From the NCBI RefSeq assembly GCF_028694605.1, contig NZ_JAQVKP010000009.1:28797-92796 (forward strand): a stretch of 64,000 bases of DNA, in the 5' to 3' direction. The notes below the pieces were generated by a model. That model was not told the DNA's origin. It saw only the letters and a program-made list of their open reading frames with translations, and searched no databases. The position numbers and the translations under genes were made by a program. Below are positions 63,206-64,000 of the stretch, in pieces. Positions within the stretch are counted from its first letter, which is position 1, and the number at the start of each line of letters is the position of its first letter. The DNA is from Sulfurimonas sp. (lineage in GTDB: Bacteria > Campylobacterota > Campylobacteria > Campylobacterales > Sulfurimonadaceae).

Positions 63206-64000
63206 TGTTTTTGCTCTATCTCTTCTGCTGGTGTTTTTGTTTTACACTTAAGGCACTCATAGACCTCTTTGCCTCTGTAAACTCTCTTTGCAAGAGTACC
63301 GTCACAACCGTTTTCTTTGCACTTATATTTTGATGGTTCAAATTTTGCGATAAACTTGCATTTAGGGTAGTTTTCACATCCCCAAAATGGTCCGCGACGT
63401 GAGTTCTTGAGGCTTATCTTACCGCCGCAATCGGGACAAGGCGTCTCGCTAGTTTTTTGCTCTACTTGAATGCTTTTTGTATTTTTACACTCAGGATATC
63501 CGCTGCATGCCAAAAACTGACCGTTTCTTCCGCTCTTTAGCACCATATCTTTGCCGCACTTATCGCAAATCTCTCCGCTTGCTTCGCCTGATGCTTTTTC
63601 CTCTTTTTTCTCACCTTCAACCTGCTCGGTATATTTACACTTCGGATATGCGCTGCATGCGATAAACTCTCCAAATCTTCCCGAGCGCAGCAGCAGTTCA
63701 GAGCCGCATTTTGGGCAACCTCTCCCTAGTGGTTTTGCTACTTTAAGCGATGTTATAGCTGTTTTTCCATCTTCAACTTGGCGTGAGAAATCAACATAAA
63801 AATCACTTAAAAGTTTTTGCCAGTCATTTTGCCCCTCAGCAACCTCATCAAGCTTCTCTTCCATATTTGCCGTAAAAGAGACATCAACGATATTTGCAAA
63901 GTTTTTCTCCAAAATCTCCGTTACCGTAAAAGCCATCTCTGTGGGGATAATCTGCTTTTTCTCGATATTTACATAGGTTCTGTTGCTGAGTGTCGCTATG
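63202..64000 (-). CDS. topA: DNA topoisomerase I, C-terminal part (zinc-ribbon repeats); the 5' end lies outside the window
   Basis: The frame stays open to the window edge ('...IATLSNRTYVNIEKKQIIPTEMAFTV...FTANMEEKLDEVAEG'). There are four CxxC...C..C zinc ribbons ('CPKCGSELLLRSGRFGEFIACSAYPKC', and others). Confidence 0.93.
   Translation of the reverse strand, partial: IATLSNRTYVNIEKKQIIPTEMAFTVTEILEKNFANIVDVSFTANMEEKLDEVAEGQNDWQKLLSDFYVDFSRQVEDGKTAITSLKVAKPLGRGCPKCGSELLLRSGRFGEFIACSAYPKCKYTEQVEGEKKEEKASGEASGEICDKCGKDMVLKSGRNGQFLACSGYPECKNTKSIQVEQKTSETPCPDCGGKISLKNSRRGPFWGCENYPKCKFIAKFEPSKYKCKENGCDGTLAKRVYRGKEVYECLKCKTKTPAEEIEQKQ

Noticed and set aside
1-64000. CRISPR arrays, rRNA genes, transposases, integrases, prophage or conjugative modules
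   Set aside because: - I looked for regularly spaced direct repeats, rRNA-like conserved blocks, and DDE, tyrosine or serine recombinase motifs in all tracked ORFs.
- None was found. The only repeat-like elements are those listed.

Overview
The window looks like a chromosomal segment from a Campylobacterota (epsilonproteobacterial-type) genome. Supporting evidence is the four-subunit pyruvate:ferredoxin oxidoreductase operon (porCDAB order), a NFACT / small coiled-coil / cdsA / dxr / tsaD gene order recalled from Campylobacter, a FlhB-C-terminal paralogue next to a FliK-like gene, an Aer/CetB-type PAS protein with a TlpD-type soluble chemoreceptor, and many extended -10 promoters. I cannot name a genus from sequence alone.

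About 80% of the window is ordinary core metabolism and housekeeping: rplM-rpsI, por, cdsA, dxr, tsaD, tpx, gltX, upp, bioB, topA, a biotin carboxylase, a carbonic anhydrase, mscS and mscL. No rRNA, CRISPR array, transposase or integrase is visible. There is one tRNA, tRNA-Arg(CCU).

Accessory or unusual content:
1. The 3' end of a TpsA/CdiA-type exoprotein (left edge). It has a non-repetitive C-terminal domain with an alpha/beta-hydrolase-like motif order, and a 4-bp-overlapping lipoprotein gene that may encode its immunity protein.
2. An AT-rich island holding a 1257-aa single-chain Type IIB (AloI/CjeI-like) restriction-modification-specificity enzyme, wedged between dxr and tsaD.
3. A four-lipoprotein operon: CsgG-like channel, small lipoprotein, DUF4810-like, and DUF799-like with an extra C-terminal domain. 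It has no curli subunit genes and sits under an AraC/GyrI regulator. This is my best candidate for an uncharacterised envelope system in the window.
4. An orphan LapG/LapD c-di-GMP adhesin-release module with an A8-GG-T9 tract inside lapG.
5. An E. coli-type YcaO translationally coupled to a cysteine-rich small protein.
6. A ~122-bp nested-palindrome MITE-like element.
7. An unannotated 43-aa secreted-peptide gene.
8. A recurring TGnTAnAnT-N6/7-ATG arrangement with no Shine-Dalgarno sequence at four genes, which suggests leaderless mRNAs.

All functional calls come from motif recognition by eye. No database search was run.
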